From: an uncultured Chlamydiae bacterium
GTDB lineage: Bacteria; Chlamydiota; Chlamydiia; Chlamydiales; JAJFMA01
Length of the DNA: 64,000 bases
Reading direction: 5' to 3'
Assembly (NCBI GenBank): GCA_963713615.1
Contig: CAVQMM010000001.1
Location: 1,632,001 to 1,696,000, forward strand
Made by a program: the position numbers and the translations under genes. Shown here in pieces: positions 27,438 to 38,549 of the stretch. Position 1 is the stretch's first letter, and every line of letters begins with the position of its first letter. The notes under the pieces were generated by a model. The model did no database searches and had not been told where the DNA came from. It saw only the letters and a list, made by a program, of their open reading frames with translations.

Positions 27438-28397
27438 GTGAACCGATTGTTGCTTAGTGCCGCTTTGCTTGTCCTGGAAGGGACGCTAACGGCTGCTGTC
27501 CAGCCCGCCGATAACCAACAGAATACCCAGAAACCAGCAGTCAGTACACCACCTGCCGAGATTCAGCCGGCTGCTCCAAAAGATCAGGTGGCCGGTCCCC
27601 AATGGGTCAAGCAGATTGATCAAGACCTAAAAGAAGGCCGCTATTCCCAATTTCTAACCATGGAAGAGGAATGGTACCAAAAAGGCGCCCAAAAGAATCA
27701 GTGGAAGCCTCTTGCGGAAGGTGACCAGCAGCTAACCCAAAAATACAATACTCCAGAAGGCAAAAAGCTCTTCGATGAAATCACCGGTAAGGTTGATCAA
27801 TTCGAAGACGAGCTACAAACCTTGAAAAAGAACAGAGATACAGCTCTGGCCAAGGTAGCACAGGACTATCCTAAAGAACCCATCTCGCGCTTCATTCAAG
27901 ATCGTTTAAAAGTAGCTGATCTCACCAAAGAACAGCGTCAGGCTCTGCGAACTTTTGATGAATGGATGTCTCCCTTCCCGCTGCACGCAGATACTCCCTT
28001 GCTGAAACAACTCAAGGCCATCGCATTCGAGTACAGAGTGAAGGAAATCCTTCTCGGAGCAGCCTACCAACAGGGTGGCCAGAAGAATCCTGAACTTCCA
28101 GACTTTGGCCCATTGGATGAACAAAAAGTTCAGCAATACCAGATTGCGCTTACCCTTGAAAAGCTCAATAAAATGCTTGCTGTGGCGCAAAAGTCCAATG
28201 AAAAAGACCTCATCAACAACCTAACGCTGGTTGCTGCGGCTTATCCTACTTTGATAGCAGAAATTCATGATGCCCTTCTCATCGAATCTTTGGCAAAGCC
28301 GGCTCAGACAGAAGCCCAGAAGAAAGTCGCAGACATCCTCGATGCTTTCAATGCCAAGAGACAAGAGCTTCTCCAAAAATATGGGATGGGCGGATAA
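27438..28397 (+). CDS. Secreted alpha-helical hypothetical protein
   Basis: AAGGAGG RBS; signal peptide; 319-aa Q/K/E-rich ORF. Confidence 0.75.
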   Translation: MNRLLLSAALLVLEGTLTAAVQPADNQQNTQKPAVSTPPAEIQPAAPKDQVAGPQWVKQIDQDLKEGRYSQFLTMEEEWYQKGAQKNQWKPLAEGDQQLTQKYNTPEGKKLFDEITGKVDQFEDELQTLKKNRDTALAKVAQDYPKEPISRFIQDRLKVADLTKEQRQALRTFDEWMSPFPLHADTPLLKQLKAIAFEYRVKEILLGAAYQQGGQKNPELPDFGPLDEQKVQQYQIALTLEKLNKMLAVAQKSNEKDLINNLTLVAAAYPTLIAEIHDALLIESLAKPAQTEAQKKVADILDAFNAKRQELLQKYGMGG

Positions 28398-28430
28398 AGA
28401 ACCATAGCATTGTTTTTTATCGCGATGACA

Positions 28431-28503
28431 TAAAAGAGAGCTCACACTTGTTCTTCATCATGTTGAAGAATACCACGCGTGGTATAAGTGTGAGCTCTCT
28501 TAT
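28431..28503. terminator. Hairpin between convergent genes
   Basis: aagagagctcacactt...aagtgtgagctctctt stem whose loop contains taccacgcgtggta. Confidence 0.5.
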
Positions 28504-28513
28504 TTCTGTATGC

Positions 28514-28918
28514 TTAAATCAGCGGTACACCTTCAACATGCTCTTCTCCCTGAGGTCCGCGATAGATAACTGCGTTCTTGCTCATATCCACGCGGTAGGT
28601 TAACACCCCGGCGGATGCGATGCCTTCTAAAAACTCGGGATAGGTGGTCTTCTGAGCCTGATTATTGCGTATTGAGTAGCGAAGCTTATCGACGTTAAAC
28701 TTCTGACTGACCGATTGTGAGTGTGGTGTGGGTGTTTGTGTAGCGCTGCCTTCAACAACCAGGCCACCCTTAGCGCGATAGACAATGCCGTGAGTGGCCA
28801 CATCAACTTCATATGACTCCACCCCAGCGCGCTTAAGAGCCTTATAAACTCGTGGAAAGGGCCATTTCTCACTGCGCGCTTGATCTACTATACCTGTAAT
28901 GTCGTCCTTGGTAAGCAT
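28514..28918 (-). CDS. DUF1398-like protein
   Basis: FP.....L..AGVESY.VD, TTYPEFL..IA.AGV..Y.VDM and IYRG..GE.HVE motifs. Confidence 0.8.
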   Translation of the reverse strand: MLTKDDITGIVDQARSEKWPFPRVYKALKRAGVESYEVDVATHGIVYRAKGGLVVEGSATQTPTPHSQSVSQKFNVDKLRYSIRNNQAQKTTYPEFLEGIASAGVLTYRVDMSKNAVIYRGPQGEEHVEGVPLI

Positions 28919-29042
28919 GCATCCTCCTATAGTGTGTTATGAGGCCGCTTATGACAGATTTTTTTTTAATAGCACAGCGAATTTAAAAAAATGTGTTAAA
29001 TACTATTTTTACTATAACACACGCGGTTAGATTGACACATTC

Positions 29043-29278
29043 AAGGAGAGAGGGAAGGGGGAGGAATTGGGACTAGGATTAGGATTTAGGATTTTTTACC
29101 GCAGATAGGAGAGAGAGAGAGAGGATTTAGGAGAGAATGTCCCGTTTGTGGAGCCTTGGACAAAATTCCTTCTAAGGGCATATGTGGGGCCATTATGTCC
29201 TATCTCGGTGTCTCGGCGCCTTGGCGGTAAAAAATCCTAATCCTAGTCCCAATTCCTCCCATTCTCTCTCTCCTCGAA
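29043..29278. repeat. Palindromic element related to 11601-11963 and 59331-59432
   Basis: IR gggaggaattgggactaggattaggattt / aaatcctaatcctagtcccaattcctccc; shares ggcggtaaaaatcctaa. Confidence 0.7.
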
Positions 29279-29290
29279 GGCGCTATTTTG

Positions 29291-29450
29291 GGCCTTATTC
29301 ACCTTTGCGGTCAGTTTTCGGTCGACTGCAAAAGGATCGTCTGTCGCGTTTTGCTCCTCGGACATAGCTGGCGCTATGCCCTCGTCACAAACCACGACAT
29401 CCGACCTTTTTCGTCCGACCGAAATTCTGACCGTAAAGGTGAACAAGGCC
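29291..29450. mobile_element. 160-bp MITE, copy 2
   Basis: Reverse complement of 7954-8113; TSD CTATTTTG at 29283-29290 and 29451-29458. Confidence 0.92.
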
Positions 29451-30869
29451 CTATTTTGAATGTACATCTGCATCGAGATGACCCAACCGCATCTTCACCC
29501 ATTCGCGTAGGACTTCCTGATACCGGGTAATGCGCAGCTTTGATGAATCGTTACTAAGGTAAACATTCATTCGCATACCGCTTCGAGGATTTAAAATCCC
29601 CTCATCAGTCACAACAATACGCCCCTGAAGGCCATAAAACTCTTCTAATTCAGACGGATCTGTAGCATATCGCTCCAAAACCTCCCTGGTGGTAAGATGC
29701 GGTCCATCCACATAGGCTGGTCGTCCAAAGGCCCAGCTAGGGTACAAGACCTCTCCCGCAAAATCCCTAGGAATGAAAATCTGAACCAATAAGAAGTCAT
29801 CCGCAGGCTCCAAAAGCTGATAAATAGCCTCAAGCTGCTGCATCTCGCTGTCGGATCCACTCAAACCATACTTTTTAAGAATGGGTTTTAGAATGCGTGC
29901 CCTAAGGCTCTGCCGATTAGAATCCTTTGGCCCTACTTCTCGATTAAACCAAAATAACGGTGTACATTCTTCCCTGTTTTCCTCAAAACCTCCATAGAGA
30001 TCTGGCACAAGACACGATCCAAATAGCGATAAACTCACCGAAATTGCCCGTTCTCGAATGTCCCAACGATAGTCTGTGGCCGTCGTCAACTCGCCAAATT
30101 TGGCTAACAAAGCTCTGCCTTCCTCAGTTCCACTCAATGTACTGCGCCAGTCAGGTGCATCATACAACAATGGCTCACCCTTCTGCAGGCGTTCCCAAAT
30201 TTCTTTGCCATCATCAATCAACTGAACTTGAAAAATGCTCGTCTGATAGGTTCTTGTCTCATCAATGCCAAGCAACGCTCTGAGCTTGTTTGTCAAATGA
30301 CGCTCGGGAATCTGCGGATCCAGTGCAAAGTTCCAGAGAAGCCCGATCTCTTCGTCCGATAACTCGCCATAAGGACCAATCATTCCTACGGACTGAAGAA
30401 TCACTCGCATTTCCTCGATAGAGAGCTGAGGAAATTTCTGTTGCATAAAGTCCGTGAGCGTACCTTGATACCTTCCCGAAAGAGGATCCCTGAAAAAAAT
30501 AAAATCCTCAGCAACTTGCTCCCCTGTGGTCTCTTCATAAAGTAAGCGCTGGGTATCAAACACTAATCGCATTCCATTAACAGCGTGATAGACTGCGAAA
30601 TCATTCTCCTGGGATTCCTGCTCGGCACAAAGGGCTGAGATAATAGTCGATTCATTGGCATTAATAAAGTCGATAGCCTCGGCATCTCTTCCTTTTCCAT
30701 AGATAGCTCGAAACTGACTCATTGGAATGATCTTGAGATAGGCGCTGGTGGGACCCTTGTGATTTTCAAGTTTATTTAAGGTACCGATATTACAAGTATT
30801 CGGAATCGCACCAAACGCAATGGTCCAAGCACAAAGAAATAGCAGTAAGAATTTAAAACATTTTTTCAT
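29451..30869 (-). CDS. Secreted hypothetical protein, 472 aa
   Basis: Signal peptide; long ORF; AT-rich upstream region. Confidence 0.75.
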   Translation of the reverse strand: MKKCFKFLLLFLCAWTIAFGAIPNTCNIGTLNKLENHKGPTSAYLKIIPMSQFRAIYGKGRDAEAIDFINANESTIISALCAEQESQENDFAVYHAVNGMRLVFDTQRLLYEETTGEQVAEDFIFFRDPLSGRYQGTLTDFMQQKFPQLSIEEMRVILQSVGMIGPYGELSDEEIGLLWNFALDPQIPERHLTNKLRALLGIDETRTYQTSIFQVQLIDDGKEIWERLQKGEPLLYDAPDWRSTLSGTEEGRALLAKFGELTTATDYRWDIRERAISVSLSLFGSCLVPDLYGGFEENREECTPLFWFNREVGPKDSNRQSLRARILKPILKKYGLSGSDSEMQQLEAIYQLLEPADDFLLVQIFIPRDFAGEVLYPSWAFGRPAYVDGPHLTTREVLERYATDPSELEEFYGLQGRIVVTDEGILNPRSGMRMNVYLSNDSSKLRITRYQEVLREWVKMRLGHLDADVHSK

Positions 30870-31044
30870 ATAAACCGAAATAGAGATTTTTTTATCATTA
30901 TACTAAAATACTAATATTTTTAATATATTGCAAATAACTAATATCACCCATAAAGCATCTGTTTAATAAATCAAAAAAGTACCATTTGAGAGGGTTTATC
31001 ATAGTACTGGACAAAAATGTCTATCGAAGCGATGTTTCAAGGTT

Positions 31045-31533
31045 ATGAAACAGTTGACGCGATTACTCTGCATCTTCTTTTGCTTTATAGCAGGTCCCAT
31101 CGCTGCCGGTGTAGACTATGTTGTTCTACAGCTGGCTGGGCTAGCTTGTCCTTTTTGCAATACCCACGTCATCCGCGTATTAGAACAGACACCTGGGGCA
31201 AACTATGTGCAAACAGACCTTGCTGTTAACCAAGTTCATTTCTATTGGGATTCGGATTACAGCTTTCAACCATGGTATTTTTGCAGCGTTGTCAAACGAG
31301 CAGGTTATGATCTAGTCAGCGTCTACGTCTGTGCATCTGGACAGATAAAAAAAAATGGAGATCAGTTCATTCTCACTTCATGTGATGATTCGATCTGCTA
31401 TGAGTTGTGCTATTGCGATCACATCATGCTTCCCGACAATACCTCCACAATCTATTCGGTCTGTGGATACCTTGGATGGGACGATGGTGGTCACATTTAT
31501 CTTCAAGTAGACGAAGTAGGTGAGTGTGACTAG
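31045..31533 (+). CDS. Exported HMA-domain, Cys-rich protein
   Basis: Signal peptide; L.GLACPFC...V...L...PG and V..AGY HMA pattern. Confidence 0.7.
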   Translation: MKQLTRLLCIFFCFIAGPIAAGVDYVVLQLAGLACPFCNTHVIRVLEQTPGANYVQTDLAVNQVHFYWDSDYSFQPWYFCSVVKRAGYDLVSVYVCASGQIKKNGDQFILTSCDDSICYELCYCDHIMLPDNTSTIYSVCGYLGWDDGGHIYLQVDEVGECD

Positions 31534-32455
31534 AAAGCTTCCGATTTGTCGCCTTCTGTTACTGGCATTATCTACCCTCATATTACAAGGCCATGCATCG
31601 CCTGCAACATTTTTTCCAGGGATTGGATTAGGAGAGGGCGAGTTTTTCGGCGGTGTATTGTATTCCAAAATTTGTTCAGGAGAAAGACACCAAACCCCCG
31701 AGCATACTCATACGACGCTGCACCAAGAGACGTATCTCTTTACATACGGATTGCTCCCGAAACTCTTCGCTATTGGGGTAGTGCCCTACAGTCGAAATGA
31801 GCAACACACGGTCATTGATGGCCAACCAGCTCTACGCAAAAGCCACGGTTTGGGTGACATTACCTTCGGGCTTACCTGGTTACCTTACGTATGCAACGAA
31901 ATCGGCTCTACATCACGAATCTTGCTAACAGCCGGTTTTCAAGCTCCCACAGGAAAATTTAATGAAACGGATCAATTTGGTATGTTACCGCGAGGTCTGC
32001 AATCGGGTACAGGAACATGGACCCTTCCCTTGCAAGGATATTATATCTTTCAAAACTTGAGCCATGAACTCATTGGAGGCTGTTTATACAATGTGCAGTT
32101 CAAAGGCCATGGATATCGCTATGGTGACAACGCCACTCTTGTAGCAGCGTGGAATCCGCGCTTGCTACCCTGGATATTGCCTGAACGCGGCTATTATTCA
32201 GAGGTTTTGATGACTTTCGAATTTGACTACATTTGGGCACAGCGCGACAAGACCCATCGCCAACGCGTTTTAAACACTGGCGGTGAGACCATTACCTTCT
32301 CCCCTGGTTTACGCTACAACCACAAATACTTTACTCTAGCCTGCGCATACATCCATCCCGTGCGTACAAGATTGAACGACAGCCCCGGACTACCTCAGCA
32401 GCTGGTCCCTAAGCCCTGGCGTTCTTTTGCACTTCAAATAGGTGGACGATACTAG
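31520..32455 (+). CDS. Outer-membrane beta-barrel transporter (Phenol_MetA_deg-like)
   Basis: Signal peptide; GLGDI, PTG and Q.GTGTW motifs; C-terminal aromatic residue. Confidence 0.7.
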   Translation: MSVTRKLPICRLLLLALSTLILQGHASPATFFPGIGLGEGEFFGGVLYSKICSGERHQTPEHTHTTLHQETYLFTYGLLPKLFAIGVVPYSRNEQHTVIDGQPALRKSHGLGDITFGLTWLPYVCNEIGSTSRILLTAGFQAPTGKFNETDQFGMLPRGLQSGTGTWTLPLQGYYIFQNLSHELIGGCLYNVQFKGHGYRYGDNATLVAAWNPRLLPWILPERGYYSEVLMTFEFDYIWAQRDKTHRQRVLNTGGETITFSPGLRYNHKYFTLACAYIHPVRTRLNDSPGLPQQLVPKPWRSFALQIGGRY

Positions 32456-33189
32456 TTGATGTTGATGAGGTTGCGCGCAAAATGATAGCCAATTGGGGCG
32501 GCTAATCCACCACTTATCTCTTTAAGAACACCTGCAACGAGTCCCGCGACAAGAGCATTGATTCTATGAAACCGCGTTACCAATGTTCGGTTTATGCCAT
32601 AGGCTTCCGCATCTTGACCTTCATGGAGTCTAGCAAAAATCAGAGACGTTAGTAGTATTCCTAATACTCGACTAGCCTGAAGGCCCAATCCCGCCGCTTT
32701 AAAACTCCAAATGGCCAGTGGCTGTAAAGCTCCACGCATCATTAATTCTTCAATAATGGGTGCAGCAACACCGTCCACTAGTGTCCAAATCACCTGATAC
32801 TGTTGTGGGTCACAAAAATACTCGCCGACAAGCTCTAAAGTATGCAGGGGAGATACCCTGTTGTAGCCGATTGAGGCGAGGGCAGAAAGGGCAAGAACCT
32901 CCAGCGGATATGTCATGCCGTAAGCCCCAAGGCCATAGAAAAATTGTTCAGCCATACTGGCATTGGCATAGAGCTCACCAATCAGCGCAAAAGACACCTC
33001 GGAAGCAATCATTGTAGCAGCTACCAGTACCGCACCAGCGAAAACCTTCGGTTTGCCTGCCGCAGACAGGCCGCTAATGATGTCCTTCACCCCTCCACAA
33101 GCAAGCGCCACACCAGTTGTAGCATAAGCAGTTGCAACAACGCTCTCAATGCTATAATCACTACAATTAATATTGTTATTATCAAACAC
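32452..33189 (-). CDS. CPBP/Abi-family intramembrane glutamic protease
   Basis: APIIEELMMRG, F..LH and H...N motifs. Confidence 0.8.
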   Translation of the reverse strand: MFDNNNINCSDYSIESVVATAYATTGVALACGGVKDIISGLSAAGKPKVFAGAVLVAATMIASEVSFALIGELYANASMAEQFFYGLGAYGMTYPLEVLALSALASIGYNRVSPLHTLELVGEYFCDPQQYQVIWTLVDGVAAPIIEELMMRGALQPLAIWSFKAAGLGLQASRVLGILLTSLIFARLHEGQDAEAYGINRTLVTRFHRINALVAGLVAGVLKEISGGLAAPIGYHFARNLININ

Positions 33190-33323
33190 GACTTCTCTAC
33201 ATTAACATTTGTTTATTTGTTTACAAAATACTCATTTTATCTTCTTATAAAATATAAGTCAATAATTAGTCGGTGAATATAATTCGACTACGCTAATTAA
33301 TCAATGAAGTGATGTTAGTTTAG

Positions 33324-33800
33324 CTAGACGTTACAAGATGGGCTCATCTGACCAAGCTTTTGTAGGATGGCTATAATTTTTGTTTTCTTAGAGATAACAG
33401 GTGCAAAAAATTTAGCATCGGCCTGTTCTACAGCTGGCAAGGCCTTTTGAAGGAGAGCAGAGCCTTCAGCTGTCAAGATGGGATGCTTACTGCGTTCATC
33501 GGTCGACCGTGCACGCTTGATGAATTTTTTTGCCAGTAACCCGCGCAATATCTGAGACGTCGTATTGGGATCCAGGCCGGCTTGTCTGCCAATATCCGCT
33601 TGGGTGACTCTATCTCCTTCTTTTGTTAGCCAGCCAACAGTTGCCAAGATCACAAATTGCGGATGCGTGAGATTGAGCGGCTTGAGGACATCCTCGATGG
33701 CGCGACGCCAGAGCGTACTGACATGCCACAGAAGAAAGCCTGGGCTATCCTCCGGTGTGGTATGAACACTAATTTCCTTAAAATTCACACTACTTGCCAT
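33324..33800 (-). CDS. MarR-family regulator
   Basis: SPGFLLW, LTHPQFVIL and DERSK...LT.EG motifs. Confidence 0.92.
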   Translation of the reverse strand: MASSVNFKEISVHTTPEDSPGFLLWHVSTLWRRAIEDVLKPLNLTHPQFVILATVGWLTKEGDRVTQADIGRQAGLDPNTTSQILRGLLAKKFIKRARSTDERSKHPILTAEGSALLQKALPAVEQADAKFFAPVISKKTKIIAILQKLGQMSPSCNV

Positions 33801-34035
33801 GGTATCATCCTTGTCATCTCAAAAACTATACCATGAGGTGGCTTTTCGACAGAAGTTCAGCTATCCAATGATGTCTTGTGTATTTCCATATTACATTTTC
33901 AAGGGATTGGCCTTTCGGATTCAGAACAGCATAAAAACCTTTATCTGTTTTATGTGCATTATTGAATAGAGCATTCTTTATCTATCTTTTTTTTCTTATT
34001 TTCGGCATAACCAAATTCTTACTAAGGTGCCATCC

Positions 34036-34108
34036 ACAACCGTCGCAAGGAACCCAAAGCGGTGGCAAGCCACCGCACTCCAAGAGCGCTGCGCGCGTGT
34101 TATTTAAC
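34036..34108. repeat. Single GGAG-type REP-like arm
   Basis: ggaacccaaagcggtggcaagccaccgcactccaagagcgctgcgcgc. Confidence 0.75.
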
Positions 34109-34236
34109 GGCCTACGAATCCATCAACGAATGTCAAAAAAAAGATGTGTGCAACACTATGCATTCCGTGACTGCACCACATAGGAAGAACGAGACTTCTG
34201 CAATTCCTTCCCAGCTATAACAAGTAGTCACCTGGG

Positions 34237-35553
34237 TTATAGAGGGACGATATCTTCACTGAAGGTCTGAGAGCCGAACTGCGACTCTTCCGTAGACCCC
34301 TTGAGGGCCTGCGTAGAGGAATGGCCTTCCATAATCGTGGTGAGAACATCATCAAAATACCCCGCTCCTACAAAGCTCTGATGCTTGAGCGCCTTATACC
34401 CCGACCGACGTTCCAGCTCAAATTCGTGCTGTTGAAAGCGGGAATAAGCAGCCATGCCATCCGAGCAATACTCATGAGCAAGCTCAAACATACTCGCATT
34501 GAGAGTATGAAAACCAGCCAACGTGATAAACTGAAATTTATAGCCTAATTCACCCAATTTATCCTGAAAGATTTCAATCGTGCGATCATCCAAGTTGCCT
34601 CGCCAATTGAATGACGGGGAACAGTTATAGGCTAGCCATTTGCCGGGGAATTTCTCATGCACTCCCTGAGCAAATTCTCGAGCAGCTCCTAAATCAGGTT
34701 TGGAGGTCTCGCACCATACCATATCGCTATAAGGAGCAAACGCCCTAGCACGTGCCACAGCGTATTCCACCCCTCCTTTAAGTTCCCAATAGCCTTCTGA
34801 AGATCGCTCCCCAGTAAGAAAGGGGCGGTCCAGTGGATCAGAATCTGACCGAATATACGTAGCAGACTCGGCATCAGTACGAGCTATGATAATGGTTGGG
34901 ATACCCATAATATCAGCCGCTAAACGGGCTGTCACAAGTTTCTCAACAAAGATGCCTGCAGGGACTAAAACGCGTCCACCCATGTGTCCGCACTTTTTGA
35001 GGGATGAAAGCTGATCTTCCAAGTGAATCGCTGCTGCTCCAGCACAGATCATGGCCTTAATGAGCTCAAAGGTATTAAGCGGCCCCCCAAAACCTGCTTC
35101 AGCATCGGCAACAATAGGTACAAACCAATCTAAATTGCCATGATTGGACAAATGCTGTACTTGATCGGCCCGCATAAATGCATTCTGGATACGTTTAACA
35201 AGGTTGGGAACACTGAGGAGGGGATATAGGCTCTGATCGGGGTAGGTTTGACCGGCATCATTAGCGTCAGCAGCTACCTGCCAGCCGCTAACATAAACAG
35301 CCTTTAGACCGGCCTGTACCTGCTGAACAGCTTGAGTACCAGTCATCGCGCCCATGGCTCGGATAAAGGGCTCTACCTCAAACAAATTCCACAGTTTTTC
35401 AGCTCCCAGGCGTGCCAGAGTATGATCGATATGCAATGACCCACGCAGTTGTACAACCTTCTCAGCGGAATAGGGACGCACCAGGCCCTTCCAGCGAGGG
35501 CTCTCCTTCCAATAGTGCGCTAGGGCATCGATCTGTTCCTTAGTATAAGCCAT
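34237..35553 (-). CDS. aceA: Isocitrate lyase
   Basis: [26 protein letters not shown] and YNCSPSFNW motifs. Confidence 0.98.
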   Translation of the reverse strand: MAYTKEQIDALAHYWKESPRWKGLVRPYSAEKVVQLRGSLHIDHTLARLGAEKLWNLFEVEPFIRAMGAMTGTQAVQQVQAGLKAVYVSGWQVAADANDAGQTYPDQSLYPLLSVPNLVKRIQNAFMRADQVQHLSNHGNLDWFVPIVADAEAGFGGPLNTFELIKAMICAGAAAIHLEDQLSSLKKCGHMGGRVLVPAGIFVEKLVTARLAADIMGIPTIIIARTDAESATYIRSDSDPLDRPFLTGERSSEGYWELKGGVEYAVARARAFAPYSDMVWCETSKPDLGAAREFAQGVHEKFPGKWLAYNCSPSFNWRGNLDDRTIEIFQDKLGELGYKFQFITLAGFHTLNASMFELAHEYCSDGMAAYSRFQQHEFELERRSGYKALKHQSFVGAGYFDDVLTTIMEGHSSTQALKGSTEESQFGSQTFSEDIVPL

Positions 35554-35562
35554 GGATACCTC

Positions 35563-37146
35563 TTAAAGTTGCTCGTATGCTCGCAAAGTCAAGAACTCAA
35601 CGAATTCCTTCTGCATCACTAGACCATCGAGGAGTGTTCTAGCCTCGGCCAACTTACGAATGCCTAATTTGCGTTCCGCATAGGCAGCCATTATCTTACT
35701 TTCTTCCTCACCAGCAATGCGAAGATATAGATCGTTAGTCATGCGCATACCTCCTTTCAACTCTGCTCCATGGTGCAACCACTGCCAAAGCTGAGCACGC
35801 GATATCTCTGCTGTGGCGGCATCTTCCATTAGGCTAAAGATGGCTACGGCTCCGACTCCAGTTAGCCAGCTGTCTAGGTACTGTAAGGTCACATTGATAT
35901 TTTTTCGTACTCCCTCTTCAGTGACCGTTCCCCCAGGAACAGCGAATTGTAGTAATTCATCAGAGGAAATATGTACGTCCTCTCGCATTTTTTGCTTTTG
36001 ATGGGACTGATCGCCAAGGGCCTGTGCAAAGATGTCATGAGCGGTAGGAACAAGATCCGGATGTGCAACCCAAGTACCATCGAAGCCATCTGATGTCTCA
36101 CGCAATTTGTCTTCGCTTACTTTGGCGAGTGCTAGTTCGTTAGCTTCTTTGTCCTTGCGACTAGGTATGAAGGCAGCCATGCCGCCAATAGCGTGAGCAC
36201 CCCGTTGGTGACATACCTTTACTAGCAAATCTGTATAGGCCCTCATGAAGGGCACTGTCATGGTGATCTGTATGCGATCTGGCAGTACAGCTCGTGAGCG
36301 TTGATGAAACTTTTTAATAATACTGAAGATATAGTCCCAACGTCCCGCATTGAGTCCTGAGATATGCTCGCGCAGCTCAAACAGGATTTCTTCCATCTCA
36401 AAGGCCGCCAAAATGGTTTCCAGCAGCACGGTTGCTCGAATAGTTCCGCGCGGGATATTCAACGCTTGTTGTGCATATACGAAAACATCATTCCACAGGC
36501 GTGCTTCGAGGTGGTTCTCTAGCTTAGGCAAATAAAAATAAGGCCCTGTACCTTTCTCAATCAAATTGCGAGCGTTGTGAAAGAGGAACAACCCAAAGTC
36601 AAAGAGAGAGGCGGAAATAGGTACTCCATCGATTAAAAAGTGCTTTTCAACGAGATGCCAGCCTCTTGGGCGAACCATCAGTACGGCAACTTTTGGATTG
36701 AGCTTATACTGTTTCCCTTCAGGACTGGCAAAGGTGAGGGTGCCAGCAATGGCCTTTGTGAGGTTAAGCTGCCCCTCTACCATATTATGCCAGGTAGGAG
36801 AGTTAGCATCCTCGAAATCCGCCATAAAGACATCAGCACCGGAGTTCAGGGCATTTATGACCATTTTACTGTCTGTAGGCCCTGTAATTTCTACCCAACG
36901 CTTTTGTAGATCTTCTGGCACAGGTGCGACCTTCCAGGAATCGTCGCTACGTATCGCCGCCGTTTCTGGTAGAAAAGTGGGCACTTCGCCTTGATCGAGG
37001 CGTTCTTGCCGCAAAGCACGCTTTTGCAGTAGGTCTAGTCGTCGCTCTTTAAAGGTCCTGTGCAGGTCGTGAAGAAATGCTGATGCCTCTGGTGTAAGTA
37101 GCTCAGCAACGTTGGGGGTTTGCTTAACAGTAACCGCTGTGTTCAT
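35563..37146 (-). CDS. aceB: Malate synthase A
   Basis: [20 protein letters not shown] and [12 protein letters not shown] motifs. Confidence 0.97.
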   Translation of the reverse strand: MNTAVTVKQTPNVAELLTPEASAFLHDLHRTFKERRLDLLQKRALRQERLDQGEVPTFLPETAAIRSDDSWKVAPVPEDLQKRWVEITGPTDSKMVINALNSGADVFMADFEDANSPTWHNMVEGQLNLTKAIAGTLTFASPEGKQYKLNPKVAVLMVRPRGWHLVEKHFLIDGVPISASLFDFGLFLFHNARNLIEKGTGPYFYLPKLENHLEARLWNDVFVYAQQALNIPRGTIRATVLLETILAAFEMEEILFELREHISGLNAGRWDYIFSIIKKFHQRSRAVLPDRIQITMTVPFMRAYTDLLVKVCHQRGAHAIGGMAAFIPSRKDKEANELALAKVSEDKLRETSDGFDGTWVAHPDLVPTAHDIFAQALGDQSHQKQKMREDVHISSDELLQFAVPGGTVTEEGVRKNINVTLQYLDSWLTGVGAVAIFSLMEDAATAEISRAQLWQWLHHGAELKGGMRMTNDLYLRIAGEEESKIMAAYAERKLGIRKLAEARTLLDGLVMQKEFVEFLTLRAYEQL

Positions 37147-37244
37147 ACTACCTTCCACAAAATGGGTTATTTTCCTCTATAGCTGATCGGTCAAAGCTAC
37201 GCAAGCGATAGACAAATATCTCTCTCTAAGTTATGCGATAGCGC

Positions 37245-38549
37245 ATGGATGTCAATCTCGAAGAAGTTACACACCACGCCTCGTGGGTCATGGGAGCTTT
37301 TCTCCTTGGCTACACTGCAATAGTGATCGAGGAACTTGTCAAATTCAACAAGGCCGCCACGGCTCTCTTAATGGCCATTGTGTGCTGGACGATCCTATTT
37401 CTCGAACCAGCAGACTCCGTCGACAGACACTTGTTCATCTTCACGTTCCAGATGTTTAAGGTCAGCCAAATTCTCTTCTTCTTAATGGGAGCCTTGACCA
37501 TCGTAGAGGTCATTAATGCGCACCGTGGCTTTCAGGTGATCACTAACCACCTGATGATGCGTTCCAAGCTGAGAATGCTTTGGACTACTGCGCTAGTGAC
37601 CTTTTTTCTCTCTTCGATTCTTGATAACCTTACAACGACCATTGTGATGGTTTCCTTGATCAGCAAGATTGTTCAAGAACGCAATGAACGCCTCATGCTC
37701 GGCGGCGTCATCGTTATTGCTGCTAATGCTGGTGGGGCCTGGACGCCTATTGGTGATGTTGCTACCACCCTGTTGTGGATAAATGGGCAAGTCACCACTG
37801 TCGCCGTTATGCGAGACTTATTCCTACCGAGCCTCCTCGGATTGATAGCGTGTCTGATCTGGTTTAGCTTTAAATTTAAGGGGGAATTTCCAGCTGCAGA
37901 TGAAGGACCAGCTGCCGAAATGGAACCCAGTGGGACTATTGTTTTATTTCTAGGTATCTTCTCACTGATCTTTGTTCCCATCTTCAGACTTCTGACAAAT
38001 CTGCCCGCTTTTATGGGTATGATGCTGGGCCTGGGGTTTATGTGGGTAGTGACCGATCTTCTTCACCACAAAGATAGAGATCGCCAATACCTTCGCGTCG
38101 CGTCAGTATTGCCTAAAGTCGATATCTCGATTATTTTCTTCTATTTAGGCGTTCTACTTTCTATTAACTCACTGGAAAGTGCCGGCTTACTCAGGCAAAT
38201 GTCCCTTTGGCTTAACGAACATATTTCCAACCCGCTGGCAATTCCGGTGCTGATCGGCCTAGTCTCCTCTGTCGTAGACAACGTCTCACTGGTGGCTGCT
38301 ACGATAGGGATGTATGACCTGTCACACTTTGCCACGGACTCACCCTTTTGGCAGGCCGTAGCCTATTGTGCAGGAACGGGTGGAAGTATCTTAATCGTCG
38401 GTTCCGCAGCTGGCATCGCTCTGATGGCAATGGAAAAGATGGACTTCATGGAATACACTAAAAAAGTCACAATACCAGCCCTCTTAGCATACTTTGTAGG
38501 AATTGGCATTTACTTAGCTGTGAGCCCCATTACCAGAAATTTACTTTAA
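37245..38549 (+). CDS. nhaD: NhaD-type Na+/H+ antiporter
   Basis: LDNLTTTI, AANAGGAWTPIGD and CAGTGGSILIVGSAAG motifs. Confidence 0.9.
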   Translation: MDVNLEEVTHHASWVMGAFLLGYTAIVIEELVKFNKAATALLMAIVCWTILFLEPADSVDRHLFIFTFQMFKVSQILFFLMGALTIVEVINAHRGFQVITNHLMMRSKLRMLWTTALVTFFLSSILDNLTTTIVMVSLISKIVQERNERLMLGGVIVIAANAGGAWTPIGDVATTLLWINGQVTTVAVMRDLFLPSLLGLIACLIWFSFKFKGEFPAADEGPAAEMEPSGTIVLFLGIFSLIFVPIFRLLTNLPAFMGMMLGLGFMWVVTDLLHHKDRDRQYLRVASVLPKVDISIIFFYLGVLLSINSLESAGLLRQMSLWLNEHISNPLAIPVLIGLVSSVVDNVSLVAATIGMYDLSHFATDSPFWQAVAYCAGTGGSILIVGSAAGIALMAMEKMDFMEYTKKVTIPALLAYFVGIGIYLAVSPITRNLL

